A stretch of 63,999 nt of DNA, filler included, from Octopus bimaculoides (GCF_001194135.2; 6 parts of 6 records of this genome joined end to end with filler, not necessarily neighbours in it), one strand, 5' to 3'; counted from the whole stretch's first letter, positions 26,340 to 38,746 are shown. Program-made: numbers and translations. The notes: generated by a model not told the origin, from the letters alone.

Positions 26340-26752
26340 AACTGAAAGTAATTTGGTGTGGAGGTGGATGGCCCACCACAAGGTCCAGACTTTGTTGCGT
26401 GTGGGCGTTAATGACTGAGAGTTGTGCCAGTAGAGTGCAAGTTCTTGGTTGGGTCTCTCATGCTGGACAGGTCAAAGGATAAGAGAGAGATTAATTATGG
26501 ACCAACTCTTCTCAAAACAAACAAGGCATACATGAAGAAAGCCTTCATTCAGAGAATGCCCTAATCTGGAACCCACAAAAAGACGGAAAAGAGGACGCCC
26601 TAAAGGTAACTGGAAGCCGGATATTGAGGCAGAGCTGAAAAGGCAGGGATACAATTGGAGAGAAGCGGGAAAGACAACCCAGCAGTTAAAAACTCGGGAA
26701 AATTCGACGATGGTTTATGGCACAAAGGGAACGAAAGGGCCTTAAGTGTATT
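26340..26752 (+). mobile_element. RTE-clade LINE remnant (3' end of ORF plus tail)
   Basis: NALIWNPQKRRKRGRPKGNWKPDIEAELKRQGYNWREAGKTTQ matches the RTE C-terminal AL.W.P.gkRkRGRP..tW motif; ends aagggccttaagt. Confidence 0.7.
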
Positions 26753-26934
26753 ATGGGGAGAGAAATGGCAAGGGGTTGATCATAGGTTTACTCGATTAAG
26801 GTAGAGTTGGGAGGTGAAGAATAGCAATAGTAACAGAAGAAACAGCAGCAGCAGCAGCAACCACAACAATAACAATAGCAGCAGCAGCAGCAGCAAGAGC
26901 ACAGTAGTAGTAGTAGCAGCAGCAACATTTAGGA

Positions 26935-27155
26935 GGATGAAGGCGGCAAGCTTGCAGAAACGTTAGCACGCCGGGTGAAATGCTCAATTGTATTTCGTGT
27001 GCCGTTACGTGCTGAGTTCAAATTCCGCCGAGATCGACTTTGCTTTTCATCCTTTCGGGGGTCGATAATTTAAGTACCAGTTGCGGACTGGGTCGATCTA
27101 ATCAACTGCCCCCCCCACCTCCCAAAATTTCTGGCCTTGTGCCGAGAATAGAAAA
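26935..27155 (+). mobile_element. Family B SINE
   Basis: aaggcggcaagcttgcagaaacgttagcacgccggg..ggccttgtgcc. Confidence 0.82.
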
Positions 27156-28007
27156 GAACATTTTGGGGGAATGGTTTCAAACATGAGATCCAAAGTTTAA
27201 GAATTTGGAAGTGCTAAATACGTGAATGGCGAGGTGTTGAGATTAATTTATCGCTTGCAACTTCTAGTTTCTGCTTTCTTCATTTATTTATTTATTTGTC
27301 TATAAATTATGGTTATTATTATTATCATTTGGAATGAAATCGCAGGTAGTTATTTTGCAATAGACAGGAAGCTCACTAACTAAAATTAACAATATGAATA
27401 AAACCAGGAAACTAATATTTTATATTCTAAACACCCACACAAACACTCAAACATAAATACACACACGCATGTCCCCCACCCACCCACACATATACATTCG
27501 TGCATTCATGCATAAACGCGCAAACACACGCACACACACACATACATATACATGCATTCGTGCATTCATGCACATACAAACATTCATATGTTTATACTTA
27601 CGCATATTCATTTAGATACTTACAAACATATGTGTACGTGTATGTACTTGTGTGTGTGTGTGGGGGGGGGGTGTTTTGGCCGCTGCTCGATAAACATAAA
27701 CAGCTACATTCCTCAGATATATGAGGTGCAAATCATAAATGTCCATTAGAGAGTTAATACGTTTGCAGTCCGTACGACAGAAGCAACGGAAAAGCTGTTA
27801 TTCGCAACAGGTTGTAAATTATACATACGTACATGCATACATGCATACATACATACATACATGCATACATACATACATACATACATACGCACACGTGCAT
27901 ACATACGTATATAAAATGATGAAGTTGAAATAAAACGGAAGTTTTTTCGGAATTTCAAAAATCTCGATCAAGAATGTACAGCTTGTCGAAACCAGAGTAA
28001 TGTTGCG

Positions 28008-28046
<39 letters not shown>

Positions 28047-28859
28047 NNNNNNNNNNNNNNNNNNNNNNNNNNNNNNNNNNNNNNNNNNNNNNNNNNNNNN
28101 NNNNNNNNNNNNNNNNNNNNNNNNNNNNNNNNNNNNNNNNNNNNNNNNNNNNNNNNNNNNNNNNNNNNNNNNNNNNNNNNNNNNNNNNNNNNNNNNNNNN
28201 NNNNNNNNNNNNNNNNNNNNNNNNNNNNNNNNNNNNNNNNNNNNNNNNNNNNNNNNNNNNNNNNNNNNNNNNNNNNNNNNNNNNNNNNNNNNNNNNNNNN
28301 NNNNNNNNNNNNNNNNNNNNNNNNNNNNNNNNNNNNNNNNNNNNNNNNNNNNNNNNNNNNNNNNNNNNNNNNNNNNNNNNNNNNNNNNNNNNNNNNNNNN
28401 NNNNNNNNNNNNNNNNNNNNNNNNNNNNNNNNNNNNNNNNNNNNNNNNNNNNNNNNNNNNNNNNNNNNNNNNNNNNNNNNNNNNNNNNNNNNNNNNNNNN
28501 NNNNNNNNNNNNNNNNNNNNNNNNNNNNNNNNNNNNNNNNNNNNNNNNNNNNNNNNNNNNNNNNNNNNNNNNNNNNNNNNNNNNNNNNNNNNNNNNNNNN
28601 NNNNNNNNNNNNNNNNNNNNNNNNNNNNNNNNNNNNNNNNNNNNNNNNNNNNNNNNNNNNNNNNNNNNNNNNNNNNNNNNNNNNNNNNNNNNNNNNNNNN
28701 NNNNNNNNNNNNNNNNNNNNNNNNNNNNNNNNNNNNNNNNTATATATATATATGAATATATAGGTATATACATGAATGTGTGTATGTATGTATGTATGTA
28801 TGTATGCATGCATGTATGTATGCATGCATGTATGTATGCATGTGTGAATGCATGTGTGA

Positions 28860-29180
28860 ATGCGAGTGGCTTAGTGGTTAGGGCATTCGGCTCACTATTG
28901 TAAGGTCGTGAGTTCAATTCCCGGCAACACGTTGTATCCTTGAGCAAGACACTTTATTTCACGTTGCTCCAGTCCACCCAGCTGGCAAAAATGAATAGTA
29001 CCTGTATTTTAAAGGGCCAACCACGTGACATTCTGTGTCAACGCTGAAGCTCCCAGTGAACTACGTTCAGGGTGCGCGTATCTGTGGAGTGCTCAGCCAC
29101 TTGCACGTTGATTTCACGAGCAATCTGTTCCGTTGGTCGAATCAACTGGAACCCTCGTCGTCGTAACCGACGGATTACCA
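28860..29180 (+). mobile_element. SINE with family C head and family D tail
   Basis: ggcttagtggttagggc..ccttgagcaagacactttatttcacgttgctccagtcc, then the D tail to ccctcgtcgtcgtaaccgacgg. Confidence 0.8.
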
Positions 29181-30326
29181 GTTATGTGTGTATGTATGTA
29201 TGTATACTGGAAGATGTATGATAGACTAAACGCGAGATGCAATTTATATCCTTTATTTCCTATGTTTTACCATTGTGGTTATTTCTATTCTCTGCTGAGA
29301 ATAGAACTAGATTCTGAGCCACAGATGCACACACGCACGCACACACACCTATACACACATGTGTACTAATGCAGATAAGCATACATATACGTACAACCAT
29401 ATATAAATATAGACAAGTGCAATGTTCATAGGAGCAGAACAAAACGTCCTCTATCCTTGGTATAGAGTATAATTATATTCAGCCGGCTCTTTCAGTTTGT
29501 TATTTTCTCGTTTTACGATTGCTCGATTTATCAGACAGGCGTTGCTGTTCGACGTTAAACAATGTGTTTTTATTTAAACATTCAAGCTGGTGCTGGGATT
29601 TCCCTATTTCTTCTGTAAGCAGAGGCCACATAAGCTATACAACTAAAAGGAATATATCTTCATTAAAATTACAAAACTATAATAATCATAATAATGAAAT
29701 ACAACGTCTCGTTTAATTTTTGCTTGGCTTTCGTGTCGGGTCTTCTTGGTAGCACAAGTGTCACGTAGTGCATATGATAACATTATTTTCTTACAGTAAG
29801 GGGCGTCGACTGTACTTGAATTGTTCGTAGAAGTCAATATTTAGTTTAAATTTCAGCTTGTCGTTTCGTGTCAAATTTCTTGATACCCATGTATCAGCTG
29901 TAGGTAAAAACAGTCAGCAGTTCAAACTTCCTTGGTGCAAGGAATATGTATGAAAGTAACCAAATATCTCTCAAACCACACACTGTCGTTTAACATGACG
30001 AAATACACGCATTGCATAACGTAATTAATACTATATGATCCTAAAAGACTGTTGGGAGATATTTTATCATTGATCTGTTCGATCAGGGATGATTACATTA
30101 CAATACAAAGCATAGACAACAGATATATCTTTTATTTGCTTCATTCATTAGACTGCGGCCATGCTGGGACGTCGTCTGGAAGAACTTTTAGTCGACTTTA
30201 TCGATCCCAGTACTAATTCTATCGGCCACTTTTTGCCGAATCGGTCAGTTACGGGGAGGTAAATACACCAGCACCGGTTGTCAATCGGTGGTGAGGGAAC
30301 TAACACAGACATAAAGACACATACAC

Positions 30327-30373
<47 letters not shown>

Positions 30374-30473
30374 NNNNNNNNNNNNNNNNNNNNNNNNNNN
30401 NNNNNNNNNNNNNNNNNTTAATTAATTAANNNNNNNNNNNNNNNNNNNNNNNNNNNNNNNNNNNNNNNNNNNN
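30374..30473. other. Artificial 100-bp scaffold spacer
   Basis: 44 N + TTAATTAATTAA (30418-30429) + 44 N. Confidence 0.9.
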
Positions 30474-31009
30474 TGTGTGTACTCATATATAGCTGTATTG
30501 CATCAAATGAACATTTAATCTAAACGGTCTCCAAGTTAATCATATTTAGCGTATAATTTAGAAGGTAACAATTACCCGCCAGGCATTCTGAATTATTAAT
30601 TAGTCAATTAGTTTCTACTGTTCTTCATTTTACAGTTGGCTGTCATTAAATACAGAATCTAGTAAATATTGCATCATTCGGTATTAATAGATTACTTCAT
30701 ATGATGGCCTTTTTTGGGACTTCGGTTACCCCGTATAACTGAATCAGCTGTTAGCTTTAGTTCATGAGGATGTTATTGGATTAATTGGTTAAAAAAATTA
30801 TCTTCAGCAGAATTTGTGGCTTCAGTTTTGTATTTCCATTGGTAAAAAATTTAACAGAGTATTATTTACATGCATCACTTTGTATTTTGCCTTGGTGTTA
30901 AGCTTACTGTATTTACTATATTATTGAATATTGTTGTGAGGATTAAGAATTTCCCTATATTTGGTAGTTATGATATGTTAGCCAGGCACCACGATCTTTT
31001 GAGTCAATC

Positions 31010-31389
31010 GTAGCACTCCGTTGGTTGCGACGACGTGGGTTCCAGTTGATCTGATCAACGGAACAGCCTGCTCGTGAAATTAACGTGCAAGTGACTGAGC
31101 ACTCCACAGACACGTGTACCCTTAACGTAGTTCTTGGGGTGATTCAGCGTGACATAGATTATGACAAAGCTGGCCCTTCGAAATACAAGTACAACAGAGA
31201 CAGGAAGAAAGAGTGAGAGAAAGTTGTAGTGAAAGAGTACAGCAGGGTTCACCAGCCTACCCTGCGGGAGCCATGTGGCGCTTTAAGTGTTTTCACTCAA
31301 TAAATACTCACCAAGCCCGGTCTGGGAATGGAAACCACGATCCTTCGACCGTTACACCATTGCTCTAACCACTGGGCCATTGCGCCTCC
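31010..31389 (-). mobile_element. SINE family D, full-length, nested in a family C head
   Basis: ggaggcgcaatggcccagtgg head on -; flanks atcttttgagt/atcttgtgagt form an 11-bp TSD with one mismatch. Confidence 0.85.
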
Positions 31390-31469
31390 ACATCTTGTGA
31401 GTACAACACCTCTAACCACTTAGTCACGCGCCTTTAGTGAACTTCACACGAACAAAATTGATATTATTA

Positions 31470-32345
31470 GCGGGAAACCTAGAGGCATTTCGTCCGTCTT
31501 TGCGTTCTAAGTTCAAATTCCACAGAAGTCGGCTTTGCCTTTCAACGTTACGGGGGTCGATAAATTAAGTACCAGTGAAACACTGGCATCGATGTAATCG
31601 ACTAGTCCACTTCCCCCAATATTTAAGGCCTTGTGCCTTTAGTAGAAAGGGTTATTAAAATATGATGTTAAAGGCGGCGAGCTGGTAGAATTGTTAGTAC
31701 GTCGAACCAAATGTTTAACAGCATTTCGTCCGTCCTTACGTTCTGAGTTCAAATTCCACCGAGGTCGACTTTGCATTTTATCATTTCTGGGTCAATAAAA
31801 TAAGTACCAGTTGAGTACTGGGGTCGATGTAATCGACTTATCCCCACTTATCCCCTAAAATTTCAGTCCTCGTGGTGATAGTAGAAATGATTATTAAAAT
31901 ATGTTAAAGGCAACGAGCTGGGAGAATCGTTAGCACGCCGGACAAAATGCTTTCCGTCTTTATGCTCTGAGTCCAAATTCCGCCGTGGTCGATTTTACCC
32001 ATCGTCCCCTTTCGGGGTCGATAAAATAAGAACTAATTGAGCACCTGGGTCGATGTAATTGACTTAACCCATCCCCTAGACTTGCTAGACTTGTGCCAAA
32101 ATTTGAAACTATTATTAGAATATGATGCAAGCTAATATTAACGCAATCCTAAATAGTAAAAGGCGCGAATACTGAACCTTTGCCGATTATTATCCTATGT
32201 ATTACCGCGATATTCACTGCAATAAAGCCTCCAACAAACTGCTGGAAGAGGGACAGGGGCTCGCCCTGTTTACTTTGGACTCAGAACCTGAAATCAGACG
32301 AAAAATCGCTAAGCATTTTGTCTGATTTTGGTAACGGTTCTGCCA
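31470..32345. mobile_element. Three tandem family B copies (+) followed by a partial inverted copy
   Basis: units at ~31470, 31673 and 31905 on +; 32255-32345 on -. Confidence 0.8.
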
Positions 32346-32638
32346 GGTTTCCACTCCCTATATACTCCCGTCATAACATCATGAATAAAGTATTATGGTC
32401 TTATATTTGCATCTGCGCTCAGCTATATATCGTTTGTATATGGACCTGAGATAGTATTTCACAAAGTTGAAGGAAAAGCTAATTTCAGCGGATGTATTTG
32501 TTATATCATTTCCGATATGATCTTCAAAATGATCATTTTAACATACTTAACCTCGGCGCCTTCTGTAGACAGAATTACCATATGCAGTAGCTGTTATGTC
32601 ATCTCTGAAGCGTTTAGGGAATTCTTTAGAACATTCAG

Positions 32639-32835
32639 GCACAGATGTGGTTTAGTGGTAAGACGTTTGCTTCTCAACCACATGGTTCCAGGTTCAGTCC
32701 CACTGCGTCGCACCTTAGGCAAGTGACTTGTACTATAGCCTCGAGTCGACAAAGCCTTGTAAGTAGATTTGGTAGAAAGAAACTGAAAGAAGCCCGTCGT
32801 GTATACAAACATACATAATACATACATATATATTT

Positions 32836-32880
<45 letters not shown>

Positions 32881-33441
32881 NNNNNNNNNNNNNNNNNNNN
32901 NNNNNNNNNNNNNNNNNNNNNNNNNNNNNNNNNNNNNNNNNNNNNNNNNNNNNNNNNNNNNNNNNNNNNNNNNNNNNNNNNNNNNNNNNNNNNNNNNNNN
33001 NNNNNNNNNNNNNNNNNNNNNNNNNNNNNNNNNNNNNNNNNNNNNNNNNNNNNNNNNNNNNNNNNNNNNNNNNNNNNNNNNNNNNNNNNNNNNNNNNNNN
33101 NNNNNNNNNNNNNNNNNNNNNNNNNNNNNNNNNNNNNNNNNNNNNNNNNNNNNNNNNNNNNNNNNNNNNNNNNNNNNNNNNNNNNNNNNNNNNNNNNNNN
33201 NTATATATATGCGCAAGTGTCTTTGTGTCTGTGTTTGTCCCCACAAACTGACAACGGGTGTTGGGTGTGTCTACGTCTCTGTAACATCAGCGGTTCGGCA
33301 AAAGAGCTCGATAGAATAAGTACAAGGCTTTATGAAAAAAAAAAAAAAAAGTACTGGGGTGGATTCATTCGACTAAAATTCCTCAAGGTAGTGCTCCAGC
33401 AAGGCCTCAGTCAAATTATTGAAACAAGTAAATGATAAGAG
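32639..33441 (+). mobile_element. SINE family A spanning an N-gap in its internal microsatellite
   Basis: head 32639-32805, (CA)n, gap, (TA), tail 33215-33441. Confidence 0.78.
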
Positions 33442-33801
33442 GAAAAGATAAAAAGGTCTATTACCCTTCTTACAGAGTTCATTGGGATTTACTTCACGAT
33501 GAAATATATGAATCGGAAATATTTTACATTACCATTGAAGGCTTAGCCATGTCACTGAATCTGGAAACTCTACACATGTAATTCTATTAATTCCAGTAGA
33601 ATCATTGTCACGTAATGTGATTAGAATAAGAATTTGAGATAAGCTTTGTTTTAGAAATTAAATAGGAAAACAGAAAGATTAAAGGAGGATCTTGCAACTA
33701 CAGTTTCAAGAAGTGAAATTGAATACCAAATTTGGACTATCTGAGGTACTTACTCACGGAGTAGATTATATGTATATTTTATTTCTGGCCATACGGAATC
33801 T

Positions 33802-33927
33802 CATATTATTGAATGATTATAGAATAATATGTGGCAATATTGAATGATTATTCAATAATAAGTGATGTTATTGAATAATTATTCAATAACAAGTGATGTT
33901 ATTGAATCATTATTCAATAATATGTGA
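33802..33927. repeat. Four ~31-bp tandem units, each internally palindromic
   Basis: ttattgaataattattcaataa core (perfect 22-bp palindrome at 33868-33889) repeated with variations. Confidence 0.8.
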
Positions 33928-34416
33928 TCAGACTTTCTGTACTCTGACATCATTAATATTGCATCGTGCTAACGTTTATCTAAGTTGTGAGTTGATTCTT
34001 GAAATTAAGTTGGCAATATCACAAGATATAACTCTTTACTTGCAACATTTTCAAATTGACTGGTAAGACCTGTGTAATTGGCAACTCTCATTCCCCTCTC
34101 ACATTCTCCCAACACTTACTCTCTCTCACACTGTTACTTTATTTTTCTCTTTTACTTTCCCTCTCACTTCTAACTCATCGTCCAGCTTTCTCGCATTCTG
34201 TTTCCACACGTTGTTGCTCATGTTTCTTCTTATAGGCTATCCTTTTGTCTATTTTTATGTTAACCTTCACCTTCCTCTTTCTTTTCATTAACTTCCTCCT
34301 CCCTATATTCTTTACACAGTTCTTACTATTCCAATATATATATATATATATATATATATTGCTTTCTTCCAAGGAATCTAATGCTCTTAGCTTAGTTTTT
34401 CCTTGGGGCTGGCCAG

Positions 34417-34516
34417 NNNNNNNNNNNNNNNNNNNNNNNNNNNNNNNNNNNNNNNNNNNNTTAATTAATTAANNNNNNNNNNNNNNNNNNNNNNNNNNNN
34501 NNNNNNNNNNNNNNNN
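34417..34516. other. Artificial 100-bp scaffold spacer
   Basis: 44 N + TTAATTAATTAA (34461-34472) + 44 N. Confidence 0.9.
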
Positions 34517-34564
<48 letters not shown>

Positions 34565-34830
34565 GCAATGAGACAATCTTCTTTGTGAAGCTTCGCTGGA
34601 TTGTTTCAAGGTCCGCTGCAAATTTTACACTGTTGGGTGACCATAGCTGGGAGCAATAATCCTGAGGACGAATGTCCTCCAGAGGAGCATCATGGTTTCC
34701 TTTCCTTTGGTTCTGAAGGTTCTCAGGATCAATCCAGCCAGGGGTGTGCACTTTGTTGCCGTCCTGGTAATGTGCACATGGAAAGAGGTATCATCACTCA
34801 TGTCGATACCCACGTCTCGCACTGACTCTG
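34565..34830 (-). mobile_element. CR1/L2-clade LINE ORF2 fragment
   Basis: minus-strand ESVRDVGIDMSDDTSFHVHITRTATKC..LILRTFRTK..TMMLLWRTFV, then a frameshift to DYCSQLWSPNSVKFAADLETIQRSFTKKI, the post-RT C-terminal motif of CR1/L2 ORF2. Confidence 0.75.
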
Positions 34831-34873
34831 GGCGAGTATATGTACGTATACATAGACATCTATATGTGTGTAT

Positions 34874-34922
<49 letters not shown>

Positions 34923-35752
34923 NNNNNNNNNNNNNNNNNNNNNNNNNNNNNNNNNNNNNNNNNNNNNNNNNNNNNNNNNNNNNNNNNNNNNNNNNNNNNN
35001 NNNNNNNNNNNNNNNNNNNNNNNNNNNNNNNNNNNNNNNNNNNNNNNNNNNNNNNNNNNNNNNNNNNNNNNNNNNNNNNNNNNNNNNNNNNNNNNNNNNN
35101 NNNNNNNNNNNNNNNNNNNNNNNNNNNNNNNNNNNNNNNNNNNNNNNNNNNNNNNNNNNNNNNNNNNNNNNNNNNNNNNNNNNNNNNNNNNNNNNNNNNN
35201 NNNNNNNNNNNNNNNNNNNNNNNNNNNNNNNNNNNNNNNNNNNNNNNNNNNNNNNNNNNNNNNNNNNNNNNNNNNNNNNNNNNNNNNNNNNNNNNNNNNN
35301 NNNNNNNNNNNNNNNNNNNNNNNNNNNNNNNNNNNNNNNNNNNNNNNNNNNNNNNNNNNNNNNNNNNNNNNNNNNNNNNNNNNNNNNNNNNNNNNNNNNN
35401 NNNNNNNNNNNNNNNNNNNNNNNNNNNNNNNNNNNNNNNNNNNNNNNNNNNNNNNNNNNNNNNNNNNNNNNNNNNNNNNNNNNNNNNNNNNNNNNNNNNN
35501 NNNNNNNNNNNNNNNNNNNNNNNNNNNNNNNNNNNNNNNNNNNNNNNNNNNNNNNNNNNNNNNNNNNNNNNNNNNNNNNNNNNNNNNNNNNNNNNNNNNN
35601 NNNNNTATATATATATATATATATTCATATATATGTATGTGTACGTATGTGTGTGTGCGTGTATATATACACACATATGCGTATACACAAATAAACACAA
35701 ATACAAGCATATACATTCTCACTATACTATGCCAATATTCCTCTTTTTTCAG

Positions 35753-35903
35753 ACTACATGCACAGTTATTGCAGGCCTTTTGCATTATTTCTGGCTGCTC
35801 TCCTTTTTCCTGATGTTGGCCTGTGCAATTGATATGACTATAGCAGTAACGCTTGTCTTCTCCATTTACAACAGCCTCAAGTACTTGCTTGTCTTAGCTT
35901 GGT
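35753..35903 (+). CDS. Adhesion-class GPCR (7tm_2), first visible exon: TM3-ICL2-start of TM4
   Basis: ttttttcag acceptor and gtaagt donor; 151 nt; translates TTCTVIAGLLHYFWLLSFFLMLACAIDMTIAVTLVFSIYNSLKYLLVLAW, matching the aGPCR TM3 pattern C..iA.llHYf.L..F; ends in phase 1, which fits the next exon. Confidence 0.93.
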
Positions 35904-35941
35904 GTAAGTAGGAAATGCTTTTTGATTTTTCTTTATCAGTG

Positions 35942-36003
<62 letters not shown>

Positions 36004-36466
36004 ATAAGAGCATTACTATGCAAGAATGCCTCACACTAAGAGGGACTCTAAGGTCAAACTACCATAATAAACACATTTGTGGATACAGCTCCATTCTATG
36101 AGAATGGAGCTGTATCACTTAATTTGCCACTTCTATATACGAAGACTAACAAGAAAACATTTGAGCAAAACAGAGTTTATTTTAACGACTCGTCTTGAAA
36201 TCACTTGAGGAGACACATCTACACCGAGGAATATACCTAAACTAGTTGTTCAGTTGTACAGTATCCCACCCCCGAGGGATCGATGCAAGTTGGGTTCAAA
36301 CGATCCCAGTGATCAGTAAAGATTCTCATATCATCTATAATCCATCTCTCTCATTAATTACACCATATACGTTATACATGTGTGTGTGTGTGTGAATATG
36401 TGCATGGTTTTGTAATGATTAAAAACATTATGAGCCCGTAGGTAATGTGAGACATTTATATTTCAG

Positions 36467-36536
36467 TTTTGCCTGCGGTTATTGTTGCAATCACGATGGG
36501 CGTCAGCAAAGGAGAAGGCTATGGGACTGACAAATT
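36467..36536 (+). CDS. aGPCR exon: TM4-ECL2
   Basis: atttcag/gtgagt; 70 nt, phase 1 to 2; (F)LPAVIVAITMGVSKGEGYGTDK(F), the typical aGPCR P..iV.i....YG motif. Confidence 0.93.
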
Positions 36537-36560
36537 GTGAGTGATATTCTATTCTACTCT

Positions 36561-36887
<327 letters not shown>

Positions 36888-37059
36888 CATGTGTGTATGT
36901 GTGTGTGTTTGTGTGTGTGTCAAACATTCGGACCTAAGATGAAGGACAGCAGATCGAAGCATCAATTTCTACAATCGAAGTAATTGAAATGAACGAATTA
37001 TTTAACAGTCATTCGATTTATGAAGCACCTTACCTTACATAAATTTTTTTTCTTTTCAG

Positions 37060-37126
37060 CTGTTGGCTTTCACTAGAAAGTGGTATCCGATGGGCATTTA
37101 TTGCTCCCGTTATTGTTATCTTATTG
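37060..37126 (+). CDS. aGPCR exon: ECL2 CWL motif-TM5
   Basis: tcttttcag/gtaagt; 67 nt, phase 2 to 0; CWLSLESGIRWAFIAPVIVILL. Confidence 0.95.
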
Positions 37127-37949
37127 GTAAGTATGTGGCATCTTCGTAGATTTACTACTACTGTTGTTATTACTATTGTTGTTATTGTACTGTGTAACAA
37201 GTTTTTTATAATTTAAAAAAACTTTTGTCAGTAAGTGTTATTTCCTATTAGCTTCTGTCTAGAAATGAAAGGAAATGACTATTATTCCCTTCAAACTTTG
37301 CTTTTCTGATCTGAACATCAATGTTTTGAAACTGACGTATTTTACATTACATTTCAGACAGATTCAGCGCTGAGTTGCTGAAGCAGAAATATCTTTACAG
37401 CCAATATTCTGCTTAATACCACAAATTTGCTTATCAGTTGCTTGACCTTAACCACTTGAGCATGTCCCTTAGTGGCTGACAATATGTTAATCACTGGTCA
37501 TGAGCAGGAATAGTGGAAGAACATCATAGCCATGTGTTGAGAGGGCTTCTTTGAGGTTTGAATAAATATCATAACAAAAGCAGAGTGTGAAGGAAATGTT
37601 AGCTATTTTCATACTTTTCAGGGGCAAACAAAAAGGAAATAACAGATGCTACCTGTTGTGTGGACGCCCCCAGGAGTTAAGTAGGCTAGTCCAATACGTA
37701 TAAATAACTAGACGAAAAGCGTCGAGCAGAGCGGGAGAGCAGAAGAGCGAGACGGAGCCGTCGGTAGACTAGACGTCGAGTTCGGTAGAGTCGAGTCGTC
37801 GGAAGTGAGAGTTGAGTAGAGGTCATCCGCACGTGTGATATAACAGTGGCGATGAGGATTCGCAGCTTACACAGCCACTGTGTAGTATTGCGATATAACA
37901 CTACCCAAGGACAAAAATCGTGTTACACAGTTGTTATTGTTGTTAAAAG

Positions 37950-38130
37950 CAGCGTGTTAGCAGAATCGTGAGCGCAGCGGACAAAATGCTTAACATTATT
38001 CTTTTTGCTCTTTACGGTTTGAGTTCAAATCTCGACGATGTCAACTTTACTTTCATCGTTTAGGAGTCTATAAATTAACGTAGTAGTCAAGTACTGGTGT
38101 CGATATAATCAGCTGCTACCCGCTCCCTCT
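37950..38130 (+). mobile_element. Family B SINE (degenerate)
   Basis: gcagaatcgtgagcgcagcggacaaaatgctt..ttgagttcaaatctcg. Confidence 0.7.
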
Positions 38131-38134
38131 AAAA

Positions 38135-38463
38135 CAGGAGTTCTCAATCATTTTTTAAAATCTATGGGGCCCTTTGATTAGTATTCCATTCTGGTGGACC
38201 CCATAACCATTTGATGTTTTAAAAGTAGTTCTATAAAAAGTTCTTCCTATTTTGTTTTTCACACATTAACTTGTATAAGGTGGATTATGTAAAATGCTGG
38301 AGAAAGAAACTTAAGCTGTTTCCTGCAATACATACCTCTAAAGCAAAACTTTTTCAGGGAGCCCTTTTTTGTGGTTGTCCAATTTATTATCTTGTTGCGT
38401 GGACGCCCTAAAATCTTATATAGAACCTCAAGGGGCCATACGGAATACAGTTGAGAACCACTG
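38135..38463. mobile_element. hAT MITE, internally similar to the 24374 copy
   Basis: termini caggagttctcaat...gttgagaaccactg; shares the ttttttaaaa..ggacccc..tggaccc..ttcgatg segment; TSD not clear. Confidence 0.7.
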
Positions 38464-38589
38464 CCTAAATCTACAGGCCTTGAGTCAAAATTTGACTCTA
38501 GTTTTATCTGTAGTTTACCTCAGAAGAAACGAATAAAAAAATAAGAGTGCGAGAGAAAAATGGGAAAAAATGATTTCAAGTTTTAGCAC

Positions 38590-38746
38590 AAAGCCCAATG
38601 CTTAACTGATGCATATTTTATCGATTCCGAAAAGATGAAAGGCAAAGCCGACCTCGGCAGAATTTGATTTCAGAATATGAAGACGGATAAAATACCGCTA
38701 AGCATTTTTCCCGGCGTGTTAACGATTTTGCTAACTCGCCGCCTTA
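38590..38746 (-). mobile_element. Family B SINE, minus strand
   Basis: ccgaaaagatgaaaggcaaagccgacctcggcagaatttga..ccgctaagcattt..cgccgcctt. Confidence 0.78.

Noticed and set aside
30636-30680. WLSLNTESSKYCIIR resembling the aGPCR CWL exon
   Set aside because: No Cys, weak donor, wrong size and a separate scaffold piece; probably chance.
33802-33927. CRISPR-like palindromic repeat array
   Set aside because: No unique spacers, eukaryotic context and no cas genes.
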